Positions 61,098 to 64,000 of a stretch of DNA of 64,000 nucleotides are shown here, piece after piece. Position 1 is the stretch's first letter. Each line of letters begins with the position of its first letter. The notes beneath the pieces are model-generated. The model saw only the letters and a list, made by a program, of their open reading frames with translations. It was not told the DNA's origin and made no database searches. Source of the DNA: Lama guanicoe (Eukaryota); contig MU053629.1 in NCBI GenBank assembly GCA_013239625.1, positions 344,676-408,675 of the forward strand, given 5' to 3'. The position numbers were made by a program, and so were the translations under genes.

Positions 61098-63619
61098 AGC
61101 CTACATTTACTCCACTTACATTAGATTCCATTGGACCCCTTGGGTCCTGACTTGCTCGGGGGAGGGCTTGGGAAATCCCACTGCAGTCGATATAGGCTCA
61201 CAGCCATGAAGAATAACAGAGTACCTGGTTGTTAAGGCCCTAATTCCATATAGCTTCCCTCAAACAAGTACATCCCCAGTCTTTATAGAATTAGGTAGCA
61301 GTATTGAATTGAGTCACTCATTTGCAAATGTAGTTATAGGAATGTATGATCCTGTTAGCGCCATCCAGGGAGGGGAGAATCAGGCTTGCCCTGGACAGGC
61401 TGGTGGGGGTTTATTCTGTTCTGTGTTTGCTCTCCCCTCCAGTGCCCTCCCTGTCATGTGTTTCTTCTCGAAAACCCATGAGGAGTTACTCATTACAAAA
61501 AGATGACAGGTTGATCACTTCTGATTAAGGGCTAAACGCTTGAAACCCATTGGAGGAAAAGACATTTGTGTTTCAATCATACGGTGCAACTTATTTTCAA
61601 TCCCAGATTTTGTTTGTTTGTTTTAAGGGCAGCAGGCTCTTAAACTGAGACAGAAATAAGCTTTGGTTGTTAGGAGGAATAATTCAGGGAGGAGCCTCTA
61701 GACTCACCAATCTGTTAAATACAAAGCAAGAAAGTCCTCTAAAAGCCCGATATCAGAGCCCCAGTACTGACCTAGTTTAAAGTGTTAAAATGCAAGTTAT
61801 CCTATTAGCAGACGAGTTAGATGGAGCATTCTCTTCCAATTTCTCCTACTTCCTTTTTTCTAGAGGGCTCCTTTTTTTCTTCAGGGAGAGAGAGGGTAGT
61901 ATTTGCATAATTTTGCAGGGCAACTGGCTGCTGCTTTTTGCATCCCTTGGTGTGGTGTCTCAGCTTTGCAGTTTGAGGGGGAAATTGGTTTTTGACGTGT
62001 AGCAAAAAGAACTGATTTTAATATGGAATACCGAATGCTGAATGTTAAGTTCTTTGGCAGTAGGAAAAATAGTGTCACAGAGCATTAGTTTTCAAGGCCT
62101 GAAATGAAGTGTCTTACCTCAGCAAGAGAAGCTTTAGAGATATACCACCTTTCAAAGGAGGGGGTCCAAATGGATGGTGACGAGTCGGGGTGCCTGGAGC
62201 TGCAGTTTCTCATGGAGAGGTCTGTGGAAGTCCTACTCATTATTGGAATCCTTTGCTTCTGAAGGATGGCCTGTGTCAGAGTTTGGTCCTGACGCTGGCA
62301 TCTTCCTTCTCACCCCTCCCTCCCCTTCCAGGAGCCCTGGGGCTGAAGTAGATGCTTGAAAAGGGAAAAGAAGGTGAGCTGGCAGAAGGCAGGGGAGTTG
62401 AGAAATCCCAGTTCCTGCTGTATCAGGACTAGTCTGGTGTTGAGAGCCACTGGCCCTGGAGTGCCGAGTTCCCTTCCAAAACTAAGAGGACAAGGACCTT
62501 TGCCACAGCTAGTAAGTGCATAGTAAGGACAGGAGAAGGTAGGGGAGTGGCTGGGTTTCCAGGCTTAGTATTCAGAGTTGAAGGTGTGCAGTTGGATGAG
62601 TGTATTTTCTGATTTAATCACCATTTGCCCCCTCACTTCATTCTTGCTGTTTCTTCCCTGTCTTGGTTGTAAAAGGATTTGGGTTCCCTGTCAAGTTCTG
62701 CCACACAGCTGATAATGTGCTGCTGCTCACAGACCTTCAGTGGCCCCAGTTGTATCGGTAGCTGGACCCCAACCCACCTTTCTAATGTTTTTTTTTTTCC
62801 TACTGTCTCCTGCAGAATCTCTGTTCTGGCCGGCCAGCTTCCCAGCGGACCTCTCAGTGTGTCTTTGGAGTCCTCACCCCTCAGCTCTTGATCAGAAAAG
62901 ACCCCCCAGCCTGTACCCCTCTTCTCCCAACTCACCACTCTCTTCCCTTCCATACCGGATCCTACTCTCAGACGGCCAGGAGGCAGGAAGCTGGACAGTC
63001 AGGTGCCCTGGAACATTATGAGCACAGCTGAGTTAGCAGGCAGCTTCGCAAGATGATGGTATCTCAAAATCACCATCTTTATAGAAGAAAGACTTATTGC
63101 TTAGTCAACCTGGGGACAAGTTCAATATGTATATAAATTTTCAGCTTAGGGAGGACCCCTCCCAGGATACGAAGTTGGGTGGTAGCTTTTTCCCACCTAA
63201 CATGATATTGTGAGCATTCTTGTATATCACTATATAGTCCTCCTAGCATTTTTTTAAAGCTCAGATCTTGGCTCTCTGTGTTTCATGTGTGGTCTGGGGA
63301 TTCCCTTCCTTTAGAATTGCCTGGGGTACCTGCCAAACTGATGATCCCTGAGCCCTGCTGCAGGCGGAGAGCAGGATGGGGTTTGGTAGGGGTGGCATGG
63401 GACTCCCTGGTGAGATTCTGAGGCTCAGGGAGGTAAGAGGACCTCTGCTTCAGACCCATCCATGTGTGTGCTTCCATCTGCCCCGGGACGCTGGTGTGGC
63501 GTGTGATGGGTAATAGTGGTCCCTTAGCCCTCCGGCCAGATCAGAGTCAGGCTGGGCCAGTAAGAGCTGAAGAAAATCTGGGTTCCTGAGAGGAGGAGTC
63601 TGCACAGCCCTGATGACCG

Positions 63620-64000
63620 GGCCAGGGACTGACTGGTCCTGAGCAAGGGGGCCTCCCTGCTGGCTCCAGCCAACGTTGGGCCCCGTTCACAGGTTCGTGG
63701 GCTTTGAAAATACTTTCTAGCCCTTGACTCTGTCTGGGTAATTATTTTTTGACTGAGCCATTTCTGAAGTCCCCAAATCTCGTTTTGTCTAACTCCTCCA
63801 AGGCCAGTAACCTGCAGCTTTACACCAGAAGGCCAGGGACGACTGGTCCTGAGCAAGGGGGCCTCCCTGCTGGCTCCAGCCAACGTTGGGCCCCGTTCAC
63901 AGGTTCGTGGGCTTTGAAAATACTTTCTAGCCCTTGACTCTGTCTGGGTAATTATTTTTTGACTGTACGTGTCAGAGCCATTTCTGAAGTCCCCAAATCT
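63620..64000. repeat. Near-perfect ~211-bp tandem duplication, second copy cut by the window end
   Basis: GGCCAGGGAC(T)GACTGGTCCTGAGC... at 63620 and 63831; the copies differ only by a 1-nt indel and a 10-nt indel (TACGTGTCAG). Confidence 0.97.

Noticed and set aside
14340..64000. Naming the host gene; the CpG-island first exon, very long intron 1 and TEAD/AP-1 motifs would fit a YAP-target gene such as PTPN14
   Set aside because: No identifiable coding exon is in the window and many genes share this architecture. It is only a guess and needs BLASTN of 15600-15993.
1..64000. CRISPR array, prokaryotic operon or other novel multi-gene system
   Set aside because: The sequence is mammalian non-coding DNA; the repeats are two-copy duplications or microsatellites with no repeat-spacer structure and no associated genes.

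Overview
Mammalian genomic DNA, most likely a camelid: it carries a tRNA-Ala-derived Vic-1-like SINE and artiodactyl-type L1 3' ends, and I saw no Alu, Bov-tA/BovB or PRE1. The window holds about 14 kb of upstream sequence and a two-part CpG island promoter (~13.95-16.03 kb) with two + strand first-exon candidates, each ending in a strong GTAAGG donor. The remaining ~48 kb looks like a large first intron. I found no recognisable cellular protein-coding exon; the only protein-like ORFs are transposon-derived (Tigger1 transposase and L1 ORF2 C-termini), so I do not name the host gene. The rest is ordinary eutherian repeat landscape (L1, L2, MIR, MER5/MER20/Charlie, MLT1, ERV LTRs), several L1 insertions with readable target-site duplications (TSDs), three local tandem duplications and three candidate enhancer motif clusters. 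I found no evidence of a new biological system. Repeat families were assigned by eye from remembered consensus sequences; boundaries without a TSD or terminal inverted repeat (TIR) are approximate.
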